Assembly (NCBI GenBank): GCA_951406725.2
Contig: OX597815.1
Coordinates: 172,546,001-172,610,000, forward strand
Direction: 5' to 3'
DNA: 64,000 nt
DNA from: Octopus vulgaris
Taxonomy: Eukaryota
Below the pieces are notes generated by a model that was not told the origin of the DNA, ran no database searches, and was given only the letters and a program-made list of their open reading frames with translations. The first letter of the stretch is position 1. Every line of letters starts with the position of its first letter. Both the position numbers and the translations under genes were made by a program. Shown piece by piece: positions 1-10,900 of the stretch.

Positions 1-516
1 ATCTTATTTTCGTCCTAAAAACTTTGTATGGAGTGAATGGTTACCTCTATGGAAATATATACACACACGTTATACATACATGTGTGCATAGATGAATATA
101 TAAATACATTTATATATCTATATACACTTTTGGGCGATCTTTGTGCTACTTGTATATACTTTAGATCTTATATTCGTCCTAAAAAACTTTGTGCGGAGTG
201 AATGGTTACGTGTATGGAAATATATACACACACATTATACATACATCTGTGTATAGATGAATATATAAATACATTTAAATATCTATATACACTTTTGGGC
301 GATCTTTCTGCTACTTGTATATACTTTAGATCTTATATTCGTCCTAAAAAACTTTGTATGGAGTGAAAGGTTACCTCTATGGAAATATATACACACACAT
401 TATACATACATCTGTGTATAGATAAATATATAAATACATTTAAATATCTATATACACTTTTGGGCGATCTTTCTGCTACTTGGATATAGGTCTTATATTC
501 GTCCTAAAAAACTTTC
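1..516. repeat. ~165-bp tandem repeat (3 full units plus a partial one), running off the left edge
   Basis: Unit ATCTTATATTCGTCCTAAAA(A)ACTTTGT...GGGCGATCTTT(C/G)TGCTACTTG restarts at 1, 165, 330 and ~490. Confidence 0.95.
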
Positions 517-560
517 CTGTCACACACTCACGCACACACACACACACACACACACACCCT

Positions 561-618
<58 letters not shown>

Positions 619-968
619 TTTATTTATATATTTGCGTGTCTATGTGTGTAAAGAGGAAGTGGCAGAGTGAAAGAGTCACTCACTACAAGAAGTGAATTAC
701 TTTCACTTTATTCGTTGCACACTGTGTGTGTGCGTGTGCGTGTGGTGTAGGCCACACTAAGAGAAGCATTTGACTTATACACCACAATGTGAGTTTTCTC
801 TAAATTTTGCTTAATTGGGGTTGAAATTTTAAAAACTGGACCTGGCACGACCCGATGCATTCTACTCTGAAAAAATGCTAGGTAAATTGTAATTGAAGAA
901 ATCCTATATTGTAGATTTCTATAAGATACAAAGGGAGGCAGATAAAATCTGCCTTTTATAATAAGAGA
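1..968 (-). mobile_element. Non-autonomous Helitron-like element, 5' end at 968, containing the 165-bp tandem array and a (CA)n tract
   Basis: Minus strand begins a|TCTCTTATTATAAAAGG with a subterminal hairpin AGGCAGATAAAATCTGCCT (936-954). This start resembles the TCTCTATATTATAA start at 19016. The 3' end is outside the window. Confidence 0.5.
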
Positions 969-1217
969 TATATATGTGTGTGTGTGTGTGTATATATATA
1001 TTTATTTATTTATATATATATTTATTTATTTATATAAATATAAAAGATACAAAGAGTTTTTGTCAGGGTGACTCAAACTAATAGTAATAGGTATGCAGTC
1101 TGAGTGCTCAAATAGGTATGCCACTAAAATTCCGGTTTGAACTGCAGTTGAAGATGTGATTTTGTGATTGCCCTATCCAAAGTGGCTAGAAGTAGTTTCT
1201 CTTGAGTCAGTAGGTTA

Positions 1218-1368
1218 GGTTAAAGTACAAAAGAAAAGGCAAACAGTTTGGCAAGACTTGGCAAGAACATTTAACTTAGCTATATATTAAAAGGTTTAGA
1301 CAGTTTCAAAATTAAATGAACTTGTCAAGTCTTCCCAAACTGTTTGCCTTTCCTTTTCTAATTTAAAC
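1218..1368. repeat. Imperfect fold-back (inverted repeat, ~55-bp arms), MITE-like
   Basis: AAAGGCAAACAGTTTGGCAAGACTTGGCAAG pairs with CTTGTCAAGTCTTCCCAAACTGTTTGCCTTT. Confidence 0.75.
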
Positions 1369-1370
1369 CC

Positions 1371-1410
<40 letters not shown>

Positions 1411-1412
<2 letters not shown>

Positions 1413-1601
1413 GGGTGTGGCAGAAATACATCCCACACTTGAAAAGTTGACAAAAGGAAAGATTTATTTTACTTTTGTTTAAACAAAGGTTTACAGTTTT
1501 TGTTAATTAACTAAATGAAAAAAAAATTGGCACTTGCATAAGTTCATCAGCAACACATAGGTCAAAGTTTAAAATGTGGGAGGTATTTCTGCTACACCCT
1601 G
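1411..1601. mobile_element. Tc1/mariner-type MITE
   Basis: ~30-bp TIRs CAGGGTGTGGCAGAAATACATCCCACA / TGTGGGAGGTATTTCTGCTACACCCTG, embedded in TA/CA microsatellite. Confidence 0.75.
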
Positions 1602-1701
1602 TGTGTGTGTGTGCGTATATATATATATATACACACATGAGACGCCATGATAGATCATTAGCCACTACACACATTTTTTTCTCTCCTTGTTTCCTGTGTC
1701 C

Positions 1702-1737
1702 CTTTCTGTAGAAGAGCATTGGCTCAAAACGTAAAAG
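1702..1737 (+). ncRNA. Hammerhead-like motif, degenerate (GAAA to AAAA)
   Basis: cttt-CTGTAGA-A-GAGC attg GCTC-AAAA-cg-TA-aaag: stem I cttt/aaag, stem II GAGC/GCTC. Confidence 0.45.
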
Positions 1738-1983
1738 ACTTTTTCTATTCCTGAGCGTTATACTAATACATCTGTTTGTTTTGTAACCACCTGTCTTCAT
1801 CTTTTGTTGTTTTTTTCGTAAACTCTCCCTATATATATATATATATATATATAATTTTATTATCTCCCTTTCTTCCAACCTCTTCTTTCAAACATTTTTA
1901 CTAATCTGTTGCCATGCTTCACCACTAAATCTACAGGTTTTTTTTTTCACTCTCTCTCTCTCTCTGTTTATTTTCTCTTATTC

Positions 1984-2019
1984 CTTACTGCTGAAGAGTG
2001 TAGGCTCGAAACATAAAAG
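1984..2019 (+). ncRNA. Hammerhead-like motif, second direct copy
   Basis: ctta-CTGCTGA-A-GAGT gtag GCTC-GAAA-ca-TA-aaag; downstream flank is homologous to the copy at 1702. Confidence 0.5.
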
Positions 2020-2104
2020 ACTTTTTCATTTTCCCAAGCATCAAACTAATACATCTGCTGTTTTTCATACATCTGTCTTTGTTTTTTGTTTTTCTATAAA
2101 TTTC

Positions 2105-2189
<85 letters not shown>

Positions 2190-2459
2190 AAAAAGACCCT
2201 TCAGTCATGAATGACCATTGGCTTGCACCTAGAAAGTTCCCTTCTGAGACACAAGTCTGGGAAGGTCACCAGCAGTCACCCATGCCTCCCCCATCCATGC
2301 TACTAATGTTATCCATTGGAAATCAATCAACTGCACAGAGGCTTTTTCATACTTACATGCATGCATGCATACATACATACATACATACATACATATGGGC
2401 TTCTTTCAGTTTCTGTCTACCAAATCCATTCACAAGGCTTTGCTCAGTTCAGAGCTTTT

Positions 2460-4193
2460 TGTAACGTGGTTACTGTATATGTCACCTTAGTGTCTCGCAC
2501 TAATACAGTGTGATATATAGTACCATGGAATGGAGTAGACACCAAACTATCTCCACTTGATGTATTCTCAAATACTCTGCCAAAAACTGTAACCAATCCA
2601 AAACAAATCTCAATGAACTATAACAACTTCTCAACAATTTTCTGTGACTACACAAACTCACAAATGACCTCTTTCGACTTCCTGTGATTTCTCATCTTCT
2701 GCTCTCAGTCAAACACGCTGCTACTTGTACAAGGTCAGCTAATCCATTCTCACAAGATGTGTCATGATTCTCACCTTTTCAGATTTGACTTCTGTAGCAA
2801 GTGCAACTTGTTTATTTAATTTTCTTCTTTTTTTTTTCTTTTTTTATCATCACCTCTTCCTTTTTTAAGATTTTAATTTCCTCAGAAATTTTAATACTTC
2901 TTTCACTTAGAGACTATTTCTAGTCGTTCTGTTTGTTTATGTTTTCTATTGCAAATCTGCCTAGGTTCAACTTCTTTTGGTGTTGGAACATCGAACAAGT
3001 CATTGGTATTTCTTCTCTTTCTTCAATATGTCTAGTCTTCAACTGGTTCACATGTCATTTGTGCTCTCCTATTTGACTTTTTTTTATGTACATCATATTG
3101 CCTATTCTTTTCATTATTATACCGTCCGCCCAACCTTGTCTTCCACTCTTACATATTTTGAAATGAACTTTATTTATCTCCCACATTAAAGTACTTTGTT
3201 GTGTTTCTTGGGTTTTCCCTATAAGTTTTTTTGTAGGTAACAATTTATCAAAAATTGATTTTATCTTCCAGGTAAACATTAGCTCTGCAGGCAGCTTGCC
3301 TGAACAGGTGTTTGGGTTATGGGTTACCCTATAAACCCTTAAGAATTGAGTTAGTGCTGCATCATTGACTAATTCATTTCCTGATTTTTTTAGTGCTTGT
3401 AAAAACATGAATGTTTTTACATATCACATTTATAGGGAGGTCACATAAATCAAGCAACTCCATCAAGTCAGTACCAAATGAGTTTGTTGCATTTTTTAAC
3501 ACAAACACTTTTGCTTTAAAGGTTTTTACCACAAAATGTAATGTCGCTTACCATTTCACCTAAGAAGTGTAGTCTTTCATCTGTGATGCCCCGATGTTTT
3601 CTTTAATGTAGGTTTCCCAATTTTCTTCCACAGTGCAGTGCCACATAAAAAGCACCCTGCAGTGGTTGGTGTTAAGAAGGGCACCCAGCTATAAAATCAC
3701 TGTCAAAACAGACACAGTAGCTTTTATATCCTATTTTTTGACAACTGAAACATTTCCAAGTTTTAAATGGACAGTCTTTCTTAAAATACAGACCTCCACA
3801 CCCATAACATGGATTTGGTCACAATATTCTTTTTTCTTTATTTATTCCCAGTTGATATGTCTGTACTTGAGAGAATTTTTTTCTTTAATTTTCTTTATGT
3901 TCTGTCACAAGTTGATAATTCTTTGACATTCCTCTGCTACTGTCTGCAGGGTTAAATTCTGGTCCTCCAGTTCTAGTTTTGTAAGAATCCAAGTAAATAC
4001 TATGCCAACAACTGTAACCAATTCAAAACAACTCTCAATAAACTATATAATTTCCTGTGAATCCACGAACTCCAAACAACACCTTTCGACTTCCTGCAAT
4101 CTCTCATCTCCCACTCTCAGTCAAACATGTTGTTACTTATATGAGTTCAGCTAGTCCATTTTCACAGGAGTTGTCATGATTCTCACTGTAACA
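2460..4193 (-). mobile_element. Degenerate Gypsy-type LTR retrotransposon (deleted gag and integrase remnants) nested in a SINE
   Basis: Direct repeats ~2586-2776 and ~4011-4190 with TG...CA outer ends. The 3055-3408 ORF has an integrase C-terminal motif (FLRVYRVT..N...GKLPAELMF). ~3890-3992 reads WILTKLELEDQNLTLQTVAEECQRIINL (gag-like). Confidence 0.75.
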
Positions 4194-4393
4194 GAGAAGA
4201 CGCTACTTGCCCAAGGCACCACACAGTGGAACTGAACTCAGAACCAAGTGGTTGAAAAACAAACATCTTATCTGCACTTCATAAAGAAAGTACCTTTCCC
4301 AGGAATACCACTATGCCTACAGTGGTATGCCAACTCACTACCTTCCACCAAAGGATGATATAGATAATAAACAAGCAGTTGTGAAGAACTCAC

Positions 4394-4552
4394 TTTGATG
4401 GCTAAATTATAAGTTGTTTTGCACCACAGGTCTCGCTCTTGAGTAGTATTGTACACCTGCCTTTCCAAACGGTGACGCTGAAGATCATACAATTCTTGGT
4501 ACTCCTTTAGCATATTGGCATTTTTGGCTGATTCACTCAGAGCAGTTTTTAA
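4394..4552 (-). CDS. AXDND1: AXDND1 coding exon 12 ([53 protein letters not shown])
   Basis: ttcttcag|TTA...AAA|gtgagt; 159 nt, phase 0-0. Confidence 0.93.
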
Positions 4553-4917
4553 CTGAAGAAAATACAATGTTAATTCCTATCATATAACAAATTCAGTAAA
4601 AGAAATTAAACATCAACAATATTATACCAAAAAATAAGAAAAGTCCAAACATTTGTAATTTAGTAGTTTGAGACTTTATCTGGTTCATACCTCGGCACAA
4701 TGTCGAATTTTTCTAAGTGGTTTTGGGAGTGTTTGACCCACAATATTTTTCAAGGCTCTCTCTCTCTCTCTCTCTCTCTCTCAGTCACTCAAGCTTTCTC
4801 TCTAGATAGATAGATAGATAGATACATATATACATACATACATACATACATATATATATACATACATACACACATCTCTAAGTAAAAGACAGAAAGGGAG
4901 GAATGGAAAGAAAAAAT

Positions 4918-4954
<37 letters not shown>

Positions 4955-7900
4955 CATATATACACACACACATTCTCCACATTCTCCCCTCTATGTCTCT
5001 CAGGTACACTCACACACATTTGTAGCATGCCTATACTACTACTATGCACACAATATTCAAATTCCTAATTCTGCTAAATATTCTTAATGCCAAATTTTTA
5101 TGTGGTAAATAAAACTTTTCATTATTAAATAAATAAAAAAAATAGTGACCCTAAATAATTCTGTTGATCCTTATGTACTGGAATGGTACATTCTGACAGT
5201 GAGATCTAGGCTAGTTATCGCTTATAATTTAACACAGTTTTTGTCACATTGCCATTTGGTAAAATAAATTAATTTCATAACTACGTAGTTTTGGGTTCAA
5301 TTCCACCATGTGGAACTTTGAACAAACATCTTTTATCATAGCTTTGGGTCAACCATTGTCTTGGGAGCAAAATTTGGTAAATAAAAACTGTATGAAAGCC
5401 CATAGAGGGATCATTCATGTTCATGGATGGTAGACTTAATGTGTTTATCCAGTTTGACACCACTATTTGGTTTGTGAATGGTGCTTTTAGCAGAAAATGC
5501 TCTGTTGCAAGCATTTAGGAAAGGTTTTGGGTCTGTGGATAATTTCTTCCTGACTTCACCTCAGTCTCAGAGACCCTAAAAGAAGATTACAAACATTGCC
5601 CTTCTTTCTTTGATTATGTCATTAATCCTTTTAATATGGAAACCAGATATATCCACTCAAAATTGAATTGCCCTTCACTGCAGAAAGCAGTTTTAAATAT
5701 AACAATCTATGTTTTGTTGAGGAATGTCATGTTTGAAATTATTTTTTGTTGTGATAGGTTAAGTTTACTGAGACACTGTGACTTGCAGAAAATATCAATT
5801 CTGTTTTATGGTGGATTATTTAACATTATTACTGTAATAACAATGAAATTTTATTACATAGTTAAAGGCTTCATAAAAAAAAAAAAACATTTTGACACAA
5901 TGTAATAATTTAAAGACCATGATCACATTCAGCATTTAACAAGTTCTCTAGTTTATAATCTCAGAAACAGAATAATGATGTTTTTTATACATTGTTTTTA
6001 TAGCTGATATCAAAACCTATATGTGGTAATATTGAAGAAGTATTCAAAGTATTAAAGCATATTAAACAGATTAGAATGATTTTAATAAATTTGAATGATT
6101 TTAATAGCAATTGTTAATAAGTAAGTAATAGATCAGACTGAAAGCAATAATTTCATTTTCAGTTTGAAGCTGCAGTGTCAGCTGTTCAATTTATGATAAA
6201 GTTCCTAATCTGAAACTGCAGTAAAGAATAAAACCTTACTATTTAAAATTGTTCTAGACAGACCAGTGGAATGTATAAAAATATCTTTATCATGAGTAAC
6301 TCCAAAGTACACAAACTTCTTTGCTCCATCTACATCAACATTGCTGGAGTTTGTTATCTTGTAATACAGTTGCAAGAATATATTCTCCAAAAACTATATT
6401 TTGTAAAATATCCAAATCTTCTCAACAAAAGAAAATAGTTCTTACTTGTGAACTTGTTAAATAAACTCTTTCAACTGAATATGGTATGACAACTTATCCT
6501 TCTCTTACATTTAACTCATAAATTCAGTCTGAGGACAAAAATTCATTATAAAACATAATCTAAATTATTTGATTGAATTTATCAGAAGCATAAGAAATGT
6601 ACAAAATACTATAATTGAAAGAAAGAAACTTGCTTTCTTGAAAAATGAAACCAGATACAAAAACAATTTTTCAAAAATATTTTCTTACTGCTTTCCTGGT
6701 TATGTTGACTTCATCAGTAAGTCTAATGTCCTGGGCTTTTACACATGCCAGTTCTCTGAAATAATTAGTATATAAAATGAACACTCTGTTGAGACTTCAT
6801 AACAATAAAAAAAACTGGTTTATAGAACTAGAAGACTGAGTATAAATATTCAGACAGCATTAGATAAATCTTAATGGTTTCACAGCCATAAATTTAATAT
6901 CGTTCACTCCACCAGTTTATATTTTAATACTTAGTTATATTTGGCAATCATTAGTTTGTAGCAGATCTCAGCCTAATTATGAACCAATTTGCTCAGCTTC
7001 TCAGTTTAGAACCACAGCCTAATCATATTTTCATAAAAAGGCATGACCCGTTGTTTAAACTTTACCATATTGCCATAAAAGACATGAACATGTATATGAG
7101 TGTTTTCCACCCATTCAATATCAGCTGATGTGTAACAAGGAAAGACAGTAGACTTAACCCTTTCATTACCAACCCGGCTGAAACCGGTTCTGGCTCTGAG
7201 TACAAAAATGTCTTGTTTTCATAAGTTTTGAATTAAAATCTTCCACCAAACCTAAGTCACAATTTATGTTCCTAACACTAGATTAATGATAACTAAGTAA
7301 TTTTACTAAATTCTTTGTTATATTTAAAGTAATTGAAAGAAACACTGAACATCTCAAAATAAATACAGTAATGAAAGGGTTAAAAGAAAAAAGTTATAGA
7401 TTCTTTCCAAAATGTTTTTTCCAAAAGTTCTAGGAGCTTTGCTCAAGGTTATAAAAAGCTGGAGATTTACAACTTCAAAACAGAATCACCTCAGGTATCA
7501 CACAGAACTCTGTCAGTTCCATGAAATGTATTCTCACTTTCCTCTATTTGTTTTGCATAACACACTCTGTATATAATATTCAACAAAAGTTAAACAACCT
7601 TGGGCTATAATGATGATATACATATCTGTATGCATGCAAATATTTTTCCATATAATTACCTGCCTTATTCTGTTTATAATAGCAATGTGCAATTATCACT
7701 TATTAGTATTAAAACATTATTTCTGTCTTACGCAGTGTAAGCCTTTAAATATTACATGCACAATAACATGTATGTTTTAGGGAGAGAGAGAGAGATAGAC
7801 AGACAGATAGACAGAACTACCAAAAGTAATATGGGTTAAAACATTCCCAAAACCACTACTTACAAAAATTTGACATTGTATGGGGTAAACTACTAAATTA

Positions 7901-10900
7901 CAAATATTAAGACTTGCCTATTTTTCGGTATAATATTGCTGATATTCAAACAAATATTTCATATTCACAATAACATATATGCACAATGAATTCATTATAC
8001 ATATATGAAATACAACTGTTGGAAATTTTAACTACATAGAAATGCAAAACATTTATCGTTGGATGTTTCAGTAAGAGATAGAGTATCTTACTTCTATCTC
8101 TTCTTACTCTTTACCAAATTGTCATGACCAACCCAACAAAATTGGTCATCCTGAACAACCACAAGTTAACTGAATTATAATATCTTATTTCCTCCATCAA
8201 TTCAAATAATTGTTTATAGTTGCATTGTTGTGTACTTTATCAATGTATGTTGAACATTTGAATAATTTTTCCCTGAAAGAAGCACTATTGAGACATCTTG
8301 AACAATTTCCATTTATAATCCTGTAAATTGTTTTTTTTTTAAATAAATCTTATACAAAAATTCATATAAATTATGAATTTATTTCATTTGCATGCCAGTT
8401 TAATCTAATTTGGAGCTAAAGTATTAATTAAATATTCATTGTTGCTGATAGTTTTAGTTGAATAATGATTTAGTTGGCTATTTAAAAACTACAACTGACT
8501 TTACTATGAGTATAGCCACAAGTATAAGTTTCTCAGTGAGGAAATTGACCTCATCATATTTGTGAACATCATATTTCTGACATTTATTTCATTGACTTCT
8601 GGAGAAATGAAAAGCGAAGCCAAACAGTAAAATTTTGATACAGAACTGAGATCAAGAGTAAATGCTATAATGCATTTATAATAGAATACTCTATTTCCCA
8701 GAATGAGGTGACAGGCTGCAGCTGTTTGGAAACTGATGATTTATAATGGCTGACTGGAAATTCTGCCTGTTTTGGCAACATTATATTTTGTCACTAGAGG
8801 CAAACACAACACACACATGTGCATGCACATGCAGACATAAACTCATACAGATAGAGTGAGTGAGAGAAAAAGAGAGAGAATGAGGGAAACATTAAAACAT
8901 CTGATGTCAAATAAACCAGCATCAGATCAGCAATGTCAAATAGGCAATACCATAATGGCTGTACCAAAATGTTTCGTACCCTCTATTTTCTCAGCCATCT
9001 CTTTTACAATGATTATTAATATTTCGTTTTTGGATTTGGTTTGCAAGATTCTTTATATGAGTTCGTGTGTTGAAGCATATTCTGTTGTGTCTGGGGAGAG
9101 TCATTTTCTTTTTGTGCCTTATAATGTAACACACTCACCCACCATGACTATTGAAAAGGTTGCAAGACTCAACGAAAATTTTAGGAAAATAAAAATATGA
9201 AATAAGTGGAAATTTTATTGGTGAGTGTGTTACATTGTAAGGCACAAAAAGAAAATGACTCTCCTCAGACACAACAGAATGATTATTAATATATCATTAT
9301 ATAATTAAAACTAATTATCATGTTTTATTGACCAACAACAAAAACTTATCTATATGAGTCTAAGTGCCATGTTTATTTACAACTTCATTATAAACTATGA
9401 AATATGCCCAATGTAGAACCAAAAGCTCCTTCAAATATTTCCTTGTATTCACTTCAGCAAGTGAACCATGAAAATTCAACAACAATAATAACAGTCATTT
9501 GTGATTACATAAAGGTACGCCAAAATAACAAGCTCTTTGCATATTTATAACATCAAGTATTGAACTGTTAAAATGTGTTTACAGAAATAATCCTAGGTTA
9601 TAGACTAAAACCAACATTTACACATACAGCCTGTGGCTCATAAGACAATGCCTGATAAACTTAACTGCTCACATTTAAAGATTAAGAAAATTATGAGAAC
9701 TATTTTTGGTGAATGAAAGGATTAAAAAAACATTCTTACTTACTCAGAGAGGTGGATCAAAGCACTCTTAAATTTAATTAATTCATCTGTTAACCTTCGG
9801 TCAAGGGCTCGTTGTGAAAGCACTTCTTCATATAAGCTGCATTAAAAATTGCATTTTTGCTTTATAAACCAAAGTTTCTAGCATCAAACAAAAATATATG
9901 AACTAACATGTTTACATACATGTATGTGTACGTGAGAAAATATATGTATAAACATGAAAAATTAAAACACAATTTCTACAGATGGCATCCAATGGTAAAA
10001 CTATAACCTCATACCATTGAGGACTGTTTTGGCCTAGCTTTACAGCTGGATGCACTTCCTAATCCCAACCACTTTACAGAGTGGACTGGGAACTATTTAC
10101 ATGGCACCAGCACCAGCAAGGACTGCTTTAGCATGGTTTTTCCAGCTAGATGCCCTTCTGAATGTCAACACTTTACAGTGTGGACTGGATATTTTCTAGA
10201 TTACTTCCTCTCTTTTGTCCAATCCTTCCATCTTGCTCTTGAATTCTCCTGCAATATCTCTAAATCTTCCGTTGAATTTCTCGACATTTCTGTCAGAACA
10301 CACCACTCTCCTCTCACTACTTCCAACCACTACAAACACAGTGTCTCGCACTTCTACCTTAACTTCTCCTCCACCCAATCTACTCACAATGTAGGGTCCC
10401 AGCCAGTCTAAGATCCTCTACTTGATATCGTATGGGGATCCTTTATCTATGAGGCATCACATGTGCTACCTCAAAGTGGATATATGCTTGATGATACACA
10501 CACACACACATATAGGTTCTTTCAGTTTCCATCTATCATACTATTCACAAGGCCTCGATTGGTCTGAGGCTATAGTAGAAGACCTTTGCCCAAGATACCA
10601 CACAGTAGTGGGACTGGCCAGAATCCACATAGTTGGGAAGCTAACTTCTTAACTGCACAACCAGGCCAGTGTCACGTGAAGTTTCACTAGGGTTATAACA
10701 AATAACTAGAAAACAATGCAGTTATTTATTGCTATAAATAGTGTAATTCATCATCATCATCATCATCATTTAGCGTCCGTTTTCCATGCTAGCATGGGTT
10801 GGACGGTTCAACTGGGGTCTGGGGAGCCCGAAGGCTGCACCAGGCCAGTCAGATCTGGCAGTGTTTCTACAGCTGGATGCCCTTCCTAATGCCAACCACT

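Noticed and set aside
480-695. HT-, YI- and CV-repeat ORFs here and elsewhere
   Set aside because: Translations of dinucleotide microsatellites.
7489-7560. Candidate extra AXDND1 exon
   Set aside because: Weak splice sites and no homology; exon 6689-6755 already fills the phase and sequence gap.
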